From a virus (lineage: Duplodnaviria > Caudoviricetes): a stretch of 64,000 nucleotides of DNA. The position numbers and the translations under genes were made by a program. This document shows, piece by piece, positions 33,356-45,300 of this stretch. Location of the stretch: IMG/VR virus record IMGVR_UViG_3300028833_000053; one strand, 5' to 3'. The notes under the pieces are model-generated. The model ran no database searches. It saw nothing but the letters and a program-made list of their open reading frames with translations, and had not been told where the DNA came from. Positions within the stretch are counted from its first letter, which is position 1; each line of letters opens with the position of its first letter.

Positions 33356-36300
33356 TCAATATGTGGTTTCATACACGTTGTTTATCTGTTCCTTGTCCTT
33401 GGAAATGCCAAAAAGCATCTTTGATATTCTCCATGCGCAGAACCTCTCGGGCTCGGGCAAAGAACCAATCACCTTGTACTTGTACCAAGCAATCAAATCA
33501 AGGTTGTCGTCACGTTCCTCGAAATTCTCAGCCAGATTATACCACGGGGGAATTGCATAAGCCGAACCAACACGGCAACAATATTCCCACTGAGCTTCTG
33601 TCGGCAAGTCAAAGTTTATTCCGCCAGTCACGCCAGAGCTCCACCTCTTTTTCCTCCATGTGGTTTTTGTCAATCCTTGCTTATTGTCCCTTGCATCCAT
33701 CAAGTACTGCATCAACGGACTGCCACCATACTTATCGTACTTTCCATTTGCAAATCCATTCGCCTTTGCTTCATATCCAGAAACGGAGAGTCCATCACCC
33801 AATTTATTTTCCCACCAAAGTGTATTGTAGTAATTTCCCTTTGCCCAGGTTTGATCACTCCTGTCGGGACCGCCACGACCATCACCTTCATAACCCGTGT
33901 TCACCCCGTATATTCGTGTCTGAGTTTGGACAACTACCTTGGAATTCAATATGTCCATAAAGGACATTGGCGTTGAAGGATGTTCAATCAACTGGAATTC
34001 ATCTCCATTGGCTGACATAATATAGCCCTTTGTAGTAGCCTCTGCGGGCGGTGAGGAATAAAGATCCCGGGCCGAACGCACTGCGTTATAGCTCGCATAG
34101 TAAAACGGACGTGTGTCCTCCAATGGGTTGTATATTCCCCAGTTGACCAATTTTGTTACGCGCTTTTCCTCCACTTCTGTCAATGGAACCGACCTGTATC
34201 CATTTGCGGGTGAAGAACCACCGGACGATGAATAGCCACCCTCTGAACCGGTGTCTCTCGGTGAAAGAGCAGCCAAGTCGCTGATTTGATCCTATGTCAA
34301 AATCACCTTGCCGTTCTTGTCCTTTCCAGTCTCAAGAAGGTATTTCCATTCTTCATTCTCCCACACGCAAACATACTTCCAATAGGATTTTTCCATCTTC
34401 TTGAAATTGGTGTCACCGATTGAACCCGGATTGCCTACTGCTTTCGCCAGATTCGCGCGGGCGTAACCCTTCATTAATGCCATGTCAGGAACCATGTTAT
34501 ATGTTGGGGTGTAGCCAGATTCTCCTGGCCGCTTTCCTGTTGCATCAACAATCAACTGATACGTTGTCACATAGCCAGCCTCGCCGGGCACTTTTCCATT
34601 TACATCCTCTATGAGTTCTTTAGTCATCGGAACGGCACCACCAGAATTTTTGTGGAAACCATACACGTAGCACCATTGGGCAATCGTCAGTTCAAACGGG
34701 TCAATGAAGAAGTGCTTGTTTCGGAAATACTTTGCGCGTTTCTTGTATGTGGTGACATATCCGGCGGCACCGGGTGACCTGCCACTGCTGTCTTTTCCCT
34801 TGGCAAGATCTCCAAACTTGTTTCTCTCGTATACCCAAGGTTGAGCAGCATCAGAAACATCTGGATTGTAGAAATCCTTCGCCCTTTCAATTGATGTGTA
34901 CCAAGACGGCCATTCCTTTTTGTTCACTGGAATGTTTGGATAGTTCCTTTGATATGAACCGCCGTTTCCAAGGGTGACATACTTGTAGTCGTCCCTTGCA
35001 CTGTCAACTATGGATTCAGCGTCCCTATACTTTCTCTTGTTCGGGTCGGTTATCAAGTCATAGTCGCTTGCGTGGCTTCCCATCACGAAGTTGTCGTACA
35101 TTTCACCTGAAATTTCCTCTATGCGTGAAAGGATTATCTTGGAGGTCTTGAATTCGTCATCCGTGTTGATCCTTGCGCTGTCCTTGAATTTCATCGGAAA
35201 CTTTCCAGGCTGCAACGTCAAGAGCGCCGCCGCGTCATCACTCAATCTACTGTCAATTCTCTTGTTGTATTCAGTCAAGTCAGGAAGAAGGTCTATGACG
35301 GCGTACTTGTATGAGAATTTCTTTCCGTCGGACAAATTTCCAACACCTGAACCCGACATAAAGGATTCATAGAACACCTCCTTCAATCCAGTCACGTCCA
35401 TCACGGGGATTGACTTGACAATCACGGTGTTTTCCTCGTCCTCGTAATCGGTGAGGGAACGTCCAGAAGAATTGGTCATTTCGTCAAAGACCTGATGTTG
35501 CCAACGGTATCCCATCAATATCGGCAAGGCTTTCTTGAAGTCGGTGTAGAACGTTTTCACGAAATTGACCAACTTCGTGTGCGACCATATGTCCTTCGCC
35601 TCACTGTACGTTCCAACGTTTTTATCGGATTTCGTGGAATTCGCAATGGCGATTTTCGTCAAAGCGAATTTCCAATACGGTGGATAGGCGGGGCCGGCCC
35701 ATGCGTCCGTTATTGTGGCATATGCCCCAACGTCGCCGTACCTGGTCTTGAATTCCGATGCAGGTGCGGGATTGCAAGTCAACACCTTGTTCTTCGTGGC
35801 GCAAACAGCGGCACTGGTTATCAAGCCAGAAGAGGTCTTGGCAATGTTTTCCTGATGGACTATTATCTTCATATGTCCTGTGACAACTTCCCTTTGATCC
35901 TCACCTTCTCCCTCCATATGTCTGTATGTAATGGTAATATAGTCCAACGGTTCCTTTGTCCAGGCGTATTTGCAATCTATCTCGGTTGGCGGGGAATAAT
36001 CCCTAACCTTAAGCGACCGAATCCAACTTGTGCCAGAAGTTGAGGTCGCTCCAGAACCATACACCGAAGGACTCAACGCGGAACACATCTTATTGATGAA
36101 CATTGGATAGCAAGTTCCTGCAAAATTGGATCCCGCAAGAGTCCAATCTTCGGGCCACTCGCCAGTTTCTTCGTTCTTTTTCTTCTTGTACACCACGCAC
36201 AGGCAAACGGCCATAAGCTCTATGGATTCCTCCGTCAACGTGTACTTGCCCATGCGCCTAAACGGATAATCTTCAGTTTTCTTCCTTCTGTTTTTGTCGT

Positions 36301-39300
36301 CCCACACGGTCAATGGACACAGATGCTTGTCTATGAATTCACGAGCCTTTGCCGAAAGAATGTATTTCGGTTTTTCGTTTGTGTGATCTCCTCTTCTGTT
36401 TGCCACGCCATCCTTTCCTTCAGGCAAGGTGCCGGATTTTGCATAGTCATATATGATTTTAGCCCAAGTATTCGGTATGTTGTAACTGGCGGCTGCTCGG
36501 GTCAAATCAGATTCACCACCGCTCGTCACCCAACCTTCTTCGTCAGCCTCGCCATGAGGAAACACGCTTTGCACTATGTAGTCCCCCATAAAGCCGGCGA
36601 ACTCGCCATCGTGGGCATGGTATTTCTAACGCCAACTGCCCTCGGCAAACGTCTCGTCTCCTTTCTTTAGCGTGCGGCAAGCGGGAAGACCCATAATGAA
36701 GAAATACTTGTCATAATAAGCAATCTACGTGTCGTCTTTTCCGGGGGTTGGACGGTCCTCCGCCCTTGGAATAATGACATCCTTGCTCATTGTTACTCCA
36801 TTCCAAGTACCGTCTTTTTTTCCAACAAACGATTTCCATCCGTGGCGTGTGGCAAACACCATGTTGGTGCTGGTATATGGGTTTTCAAGTCCGAATATCG
36901 TTTCGAGAATACTTGCGTCTTCTTCATTGCATACGACATTCTCTATTGCGCGGGCGTCGTCCATCTGAAGGGCGTTGTTGGACATCCTCAAGATTTTCCA
37001 TGTCAAAGGTTCACCGTCCTTGAGGTATTTGGAGAACCATCCCCTCATTTCAGAATCGTCGATTACAACCTAATCCATATCCTTGAACAAACGTGGTTCG
37101 TTGTTCATGTAGAAGGACTTGGCAACTTCAAGGGCGTTTGCCGCAGTAACTTCTCCCGTATCATACAACGGCGTTGGCGCGTTTGCATCGCTTACGAACA
37201 TGTATGAATTCACGGGTTGATCTGTCAACGCCATCGTGTTGCGCAATTGGAAATATCCAATCGTCTTCAACCAATCATAACTGACATAGTGCTTCTTGTC
37301 GATGCTGGAGTTTCCTGGCATCTGTCCACTTTCATACAAAGTTGACTTTTGTGTTTCCGTGAGAAGTTTCGTAGATTCCATTCCGTCAAACGGATATGTT
37401 TCCTTTTGCATATCGGCGGAAGACAAGGATCCAGAAACCTTCAAGTCATCCGTGACAACACTTCCTGCGCTCCATTTGACCGTTACGGACAGCTTATGTA
37501 TTTCCTTCTCTATTTCATTGAACTTTCCAGTATTTCCATCAAGCAAGGACGACACGGCGGTCATGGCATTATACTCTTCAGACCCAGAATCCCTCGGGTT
37601 CAATCCAACATTATAGCAATAAGTCTCAAAGGTGTCCTTCAATGATGCGGCATTTCCACGCATCATTTGCAGGCAATACGGGTCTGGCGGAACCAAATCT
37701 CCCCCGAAAACGGACGTGCCACCATAGAATTGAAGCGAGGTCTTACCCGGTATTCCAGGACTGACAAGAATTTCCTTTGACTGCACACCGCCAGCTTCAG
37801 AATAGGTGGTGTCCATTTCATTGTCATATTCATTTGCAAACACGAACACCAACCTCGGAACTTTCTTTCTGAAAAGATAGCCCAATCCCCGGTGGTTTGG
37901 ATGTCCATAGAAATATCCCTTTCTTATCAACTTGGACATCATGCGGCAAGTAGGTTCGCAACCGGCCCACCAGTTAGAGAGAACACCCTTGTCACTGACG
38001 ATAAACGGAAATTCAAAGTTTTCTACACCTTCATCCGTTGGGTCATAGGTGAAGAACGGAACTTCCTTGCTGAACGCCTCTTGGCCGTCTTGCGCTTCCA
38101 CTGTCCACTTGTCCGTCGTTCCATTCCACGTCATCCCCTGATAGCTGGCGAAGTATCTCTGCCAATCTCCAAATTCGCCAGTTCCCTGCTTGCCCTCCAA
38201 TTCATCCTGCAATGGAACGTCTGACTCTCCGTCAACATGTACACCAGCCATTTGCTTGGTTATTCCGCCAAAAGTCAACGGCATCGGGCGAAGTTCACTG
38301 TCAACTTCAGTACCGCCCTTAATCCAAGCTGGAACACCACAGAACAAGTTGAACTTCTTTGACAAGGTATAGTAGTAAACCGTAACGTCCGCGTCCTATG
38401 GATATTCAGGTGGCGGGTCTTTCTTGTTGTGAACCAAAATACCTTGCTCTCCAACATAATATGTATGGGTTCCTGAAACCTCAAGGTTGTACACATATCC
38501 CAATCTCAACCCAACATCAATGCTGTCTATGGTATGCCAAGTGCCATCAGGACGCAACAACTTATCTGAAACCTTCAAATCCTGGGCCGTAACCCAATCT
38601 GTTTTTTCATCCCTGTTGACGTAGAACGGATGAACTCCGGTTGCCTCGATAGTTTCTTCTCCGACTTTTATGGTGAAAATCTCCCTGACAAGCAAGTGAC
38701 GCATTGTCTTCACCACCTTGCAGTATTGATTTTTGCCGGAAACTTCATCATAGGAAAGAACCGTGTCACCCTCTTCAACCTTGTCAATGTCCTTCCGTCC
38801 ATCAAGCATTATGACCTTCGTTCCAGCAACAAAACAGTCGCCGCCTTTGTTGTGAACCAACGCGCCACGTTCACCGACATAGTACGTATGCGTCCCTGAA
38901 ACTTCAAGGTTGTACACATATCCCAACTTCAACGCAATGTCAATGTTGTCTATGGTGTCCCATGTCCCATTGGGGCGCAGCAGCATATCTGAAACCAACA
39001 AATCCTGTGCTTTTACCCATGACACTTCCCCACCCCTATTGACATAAAATGGATGTACTCCCGTTGCCTCAATTGCCTCATCGCCGATTCTTATGGTGAA
39101 AATCTCCCTGACAAGCAAATGCCTCAACGTTTTCACCACCCGACAGTATTCGTTTTTACCCGTGGTTTCATTATAGGAAAGAACAAGTTCACCTTCCTCA
39201 ATCTTGTCAATGTCCTTTTCCGTGCCATCCGCCATAAGAACTTTCGTGCCCGCGACAAAACAATCCGTCGAGCCCTTATTGTGTGCAAGAATATGTTTTC

Positions 39301-42300
39301 TTCCGACATAATAGTTGTGGTTCTTCGTGACTTCAATGTTGAACACGCCGGTTGACAACTTCTGCGATGCAATCTTGGAAATGCGGTGCAAACTTCTGTC
39401 ATGGAACATCACAAGGTCTCCGACAACAATCTCGTCCGCCCTAATCCAGGATTTCTTGTCCTTGCGCATGATGTAGAACCTGTGGTTTCCAGTGACATCC
39501 AATTCGTCGCCCTCGATGGTGAATGTATAGATGTCCTCGTCAACATCGTGCGTCATCGTCTGGGCAACTTCGCTTATTTCATTCTTTTCCTCTTCTTCGT
39601 TATACGAAACAACTTGGTCTCCGACGGAAACATCCTCTATGTTCTTCAAGGAACCGTCGGACATCTCCACCTTTGTTCCGGCAACGAAACACGAATAACC
39701 GCCTGAACCACCCGTGTCGCTTCCTCTTGATTTCAGGGGTTCCTGACTCTGAATCTCCCCATCGAACCCAAAATCTCCTTCATCGCCATATTCAACCTGT
39801 ATGTCATCTTCCTTGTATTCACCAGACCACTTGTCAAGTACGTTGGACTTGTAAGACCACTCGGATTCAAGGTTCTCAACCAAGCTCCCGTCTATGGACT
39901 TGGCTGAAGAACCACCTCCCTCGCTGCCCATCATCCAGCAATTTTCATAGTAGTTCTGGAAGAACGTCTCAAACCCACTTGGCTTTCCATCCGCCCCCGT
40001 GCCCGAACCGAATGCCCCGGTTGTCCAATGCTTTTTCGATTCCGCACAACCCCATCCGTAAGGTCGGCCTTCACCATTACCTCCTCCCCAGTTTGTATAT
40101 GGCGCATTATCAGCGCCAGAAAGGTAATAGTGGTACGTTGTGCTGCCATATCCCCTTTTCCAGTTGTAGTAGCTGGGCATTCCATCGTAACTGCCATACT
40201 TTATCTGCGTATATTCAGCACACTTATGTGCGCACATGAACCTGAGCGTCGGACCAAGGAACAACGCAGAACCAACATGGCAAATGTCATATGTTCCCGT
40301 TTCACTATATCCCGCAAACATGCGCACTATGTCGGTTGCGGATTCAATCATCCTTGTTATCTGGTTGTTCTGTGAAGCGGAAGCGTCAAAGAGGAAGAAC
40401 AAGTCAACTGGACTTGTGTGGAACTCAAACGACGAACCCTCGTTTTCCGCACTGAATATCATGGAAGGTCTGAAACCAACGTTCGCCTGCGTTGCATATT
40501 TGGACTTGAACCTGTCAGGAGCAAGTTCCTCACGGGAACTGCATATCACCTTTCTGCAAAGTTGATCGAACGCTCCACCCTTGATTACCTTCTTCGTATG
40601 CTCACCGACAGTGACAATCGGGTTGACTTCTGGATTACCCTCTGTGCTGCCCGGACCACTTTCCTTCTTGATGGTGGCGTTCCAATCGTCCCTCACCCAT
40701 TCCCAAACGTTTCCAAGCATGTCGTACATCACCAATTTGGTTGACGGGGACAACAACTTCCCTACACGGTGGATGAAAAGCTCGTTGTAAGACCATTCGT
40801 ATCTCCAATAGAACTGGGGAACAACTTGGAACGTTATGGACTTCATGTCCTTCACGGTAAGGTCGTGATGGGACTTGTTCATACCTTCCATTGAAGTATA
40901 GACTGGGAACAATTGCTTGTTCAACACGGTCTTGCTGATTTTGCGAATCCACTTTTGCCTGCTGTCGTTCAAGTAGTATTCAGACTCGGGAAACTCCTAA
41001 TCCAAATCCAATGTCTTGGGGAATTGAACTGTGGTGTCGGACAACAATTGCTGATAAACAAGACTGTCTCCAATTATGTAGTTGGCGGGAACATCCTCAA
41101 ACTTGAATCCCTGGTATATCCTTGCTCCCTCTGGAACAATGTCGTCCTCTTCATCTTCTATGTACGCCTTGTAGCCCTGATCATAGGGGTCGCCCAGCGG
41201 AACCTTCAACTCTCTCGGCCTCATACCATCGTGGTCGTCGTCAACGCCATCCAGGGTAGTGACTCTGAAATTGTCGTGGCTGTTCAATATCCTCTCATAC
41301 GTCAAACTGGCCCGCGCCATTTCATAGTCGATGGCATGCCATTTCACATGAGCCAAATCTTCGTCAAATTCCTCCTTCGGCCTCATCTTCCATGCGGTAT
41401 ACTTGGCTATAAGCTCGACCCTTCTTGCCTCTATCTCCTCGTCAGTTGGCTGAGGTATGTTTCCTGTGAACATGACGAAAGAAGCCTCGTGTTCCCTTGC
41501 GTTGCGTTCAAGGACGTGGGAAATCTCAATGAAGGAGTTCGTCCAGTGGACGTAGCAAGGCGTTCCATAATTCGTGGAAGAGCCATCAACGTCGCCAAAC
41601 GTGTTCCTTCCATTTGCCATTATGTTGCCTTTCCACTTGTTCTGCTTGAACGTCCTGTATATGCTTCGGACAATCTTCTTGGTGTACTTCTCCAAGGCTT
41701 GCCACGCTGCAAGATCGCTTCCCAACTCGCGGCGCTTGTTCTTGAAATACTTTATGTAGGTATAATGGCGTACCACGTTCCACAAGTTCCAGGTCATCGG
41801 CCTTTCATGTATGGAATCAAGAACGTCCGTGTTCATGTTCTCTGGAATCTGTTTTTTCCTGAAGTCACCGTCTCCGTGGCATTGCTCACCAAAATAGTAT
41901 TTGTCCGCCGTTGGGTCTTCGTGTTGTGGCGTACCAAAGGCGTTGCTCATGTGGTGTATCTTCCACTTCTCGTTCGTGCCGGCGCAATTGGGGTCAAACA
42001 CGCCCTTGTAGCAGTTTCCAGAATTGTCGGTTGTCAACACCGTGCCGCCATAGTCGCGTTTTGCAAAGTCGGTGCCAATGGTGTGCTGCACGGCGTGCCA
42101 CTTGTGCTCCGACAGGAACGTAGGTGTCCTTCTTTCCTCCTTCGTGTCGGAATCAACCTCAACATACTCGTCTTGTTTTTCGTGCGCGTTGGAATAGCAA
42201 TAGCCACCCTCTTCATAGTTGAGCTTCGCACTGCTGATTCTTCCATAGCAGTCAACTGTCGGTCCGTTGTTCTAGTCGCCTCTGTTCTCCCACCAAAACA

Positions 42301-45300
42301 CGTAGGGCATAATGTCCTCAAGTTCAACCACCTGGTTCAAGTCCTCCAACGGAGAAACCATCGTAATGTAGAACCACACGGAATCTTCGTCGAAATCGTC
42401 TATTGCGTGGGCTTGACTGAGGTTGTACTTGTACTTCAACCTGTCGGGACTTGCCTTTCGTGCTTCGTCATATACGTACTTGTTCACGGTCAAGTCAACG
42501 AATGAACCGCCCTTGTCGTAATCGTCAACCCAATCCTGGTATGGGAACCTGAATTCACCAGAACCACCACTTCCAAAATCGTATTGAGTGCCATACATTC
42601 CATTGAACTCACCGTCCTTGACCGTAAGTTGCTTCAACGTCTGATATGGAATGAGCTTGGTGAACCTCTCGGCCAGCGTCTTGAGGTTGTTCTCGTTGTG
42701 GTGTCTCTTCGCCAAGAACTCGCAAGCGCGAACAATGTCGCCGAACGCAGGATCTTCCGTGCGTCCCTCATTTGACTGCTCGAATATGATTCCATTTATG
42801 TGATCGGAACTCTTCGGCACCTTGTCCGTCTGATAGGTGTCAAGCATGAAGCTGTACAACTCGCTGTTCTGCTTTATGTTGAAGAACGGAATCAAGAAGT
42901 ACGTCCAATCCCTTTGGTTGTAGAGATAGTACCAAGTGCTTTTTATGTTGTCAACCAAAAAGCCGCTCTTGTCATCCTCGTCCTCGGGATTCAACTTCAC
43001 CCATTTCTCGTAAACGCTTCTCTATGTATCGTCAAACACGTCAAGATGGAAGTCGCGGTCCATCTAAAGGAAGTTGTAGCCGCCAATTCTGTTGTACTTG
43101 TCATAGGACGACGGAACTATTATGGAGTCCTCGTTGTACTCCATGTTCACCATCGTCTTGGAAGGAATGGTACACCATCCAAAGACGCCATATCGGTTTT
43201 CAACGTCCGCCTGATACTTCGTGTCAGCCGCCATGTCGCAATCGTTGAATATGTCCCTTACCTTCGGCATTATGATTGGACGGTACTTCTTCACAATGGA
43301 AGTGAATGTCTGCAACTAATCCTGACCCCTGACTATCTCGTTGTAGGTTCCGTCGTTCTTGTGTCCCAACCTATGACGCAGGAAATCGTTTGCGTCAACC
43401 GGGGACTGGATGGTGGAGTTTTCGTAGAGACAAAGCGGACGTATGTCATAGTAGTTCTGCTGATCGTCCAAAGTCGGCGTCACGTTCGTGGAAATGTTGT
43501 CGTCTATGGTCTTGTTCCTGTCGGTTGTGTCGTTCTTCCTCTTCTGGACGCTTTGAAGGGTTTTCCTGTAGTCATAGTAGTAGTAAAGATCGTTATAGTG
43601 TACTGCGTTCGTGTTGTATTCACCAATCAACTCGCGGTTCACTGGAGTTATTCTCCAATTCAACGCCCGTGTCTTGTCTATCCTGCAAACAAGCCTGCCA
43701 TCTTCCACTTGGTTTGCCGTGTGGAAGTTGGAGAACTTGAATTCAATTGCGGGTTCAAAGGAAATCCACTTCACGTCCCCATTGAAGCACACCACCTGGT
43801 AATTTGAAGGGGTTCCGCACACAACATCGCCTGAATTAGTGCAGATTATTTCATCCAACGCCTCGTCGGCCTCACCCAATATCTCTCCATACCACCAATC
43901 TGACTTCTCGGGCACGTCTATCTTGAGGAAATACTCCTTGTGCGCTATGTCTATGTTTATCTTGAACAACGCCTTGAGCAAGTTGACAACATCAACTATT
44001 TCAAGCATCGTCAAGGGCATGAAGTCGTTTGCACTTGACTTCAATCTGTTCAACAAGCTGAGGAACGGACAAGCGGAGAATTCATCAAATCGGGATTCAT
44101 CATACTCCCTGGGATTCAACCCAATCAACGTGCAATAGCACTTACCCTCTGAATTCACCTTGTCTATGTCTGGATGACCAGACCAATACTGGCAAGTTCC
44201 CAATGTATGATCTGGTTCATCTTGAACACGGGGGTCAACCAAGTACGAACTAACGCCATCCAATTTGTCCTGTTCGTCACCATTCAAAGGAACAACAACC
44301 TTGTCGTATACTGCAACCAAAACGGATTCCGAAAGTATGGTCATGGAGGACGTTATGTTTCCACTTACCAAACTCCAATACCTGAACACATACTGGGTGC
44401 AAGAATCATCGCCATCCTTTACATTCGTTTCCAAATGCAGGTGGAATGAAGGTATGTGCTGATTCTAAACAACATCCTGCCACTTCTCGGCCTCGTGTCC
44501 ATCCTAATCTATGTACTTGAACGTCACGCGGAAGGCAGTTTCGCCACCTGCATGAATCTTCGCGGTGATATACCTTTGATATTGCTCAGCGTCGGACTTT
44601 CCATCGCAGATGATGTACTTGCTCAAGTTCTTACCTTCGTCAAAACCTTGGTTGTCACCTTCCGCAGACACGCCGGTGTTCGCCAATGGCTCGGTTCTGT
44701 CATCGCAAATTATGGCACCGCCACGTCCCTCGATGCCCGGAAGCACATCACCTTCCAAACTGCTCCAACCAAGAAACTTGAGGTTTGGATTAGAAAGTTT
44801 GGGGTTAAACGGAGGATATACCACCGTGTTCACTTCCTTGTCAATCAAGACATCGCAATAAGGCTCGTCACCAACCTTGAACGTCAATATGTCATAACCC
44901 AACGTCCAATTAGCCTCCAACACCACAATAGGCGCAGAATCCACCCATTGCTGTTGAATTCCAAACTGATACTCGTCATAGCATATGCCATAGGAACCGC
45001 CAATTGAATATTGCCAATTGGCGAACTTGTGCGTCTGCCAACGTTCACCCGTGGCGTTCAACCCAGTTGGAGAATCCAAAGGATAGTCGAATTCCCAGAA
45101 TCCAGTTGGGGAATCATGGTATTCAAAGCGAAGTTTGTCCCCAGATGGTCCCGTGAAAGTGCATTTTGGCAAATTCACAAGTTCGTTGGCGCGGACCGTA
45201 ATCGGCCTCATTTCGCCCGAACCACCATCGCCGGGTCTGAACTTCACGATATATTGCGTGTTCCAAACTGCATAAAGGCTCAATGTGTCGGAATCATGGA

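Noticed and set aside
38426-39691. Canonical mobile inteins
   Set aside because: +1 residue is Lys, there is no homing endonuclease, and the host protein is not a conserved replication enzyme
40450-40800. Diversity-generating retroelement target (C-lectin fold)
   Set aside because: No reverse transcriptase or adenine-variant template repeat seen in the window, and the motif is not at the protein C-terminus; a remote DGR cannot be excluded
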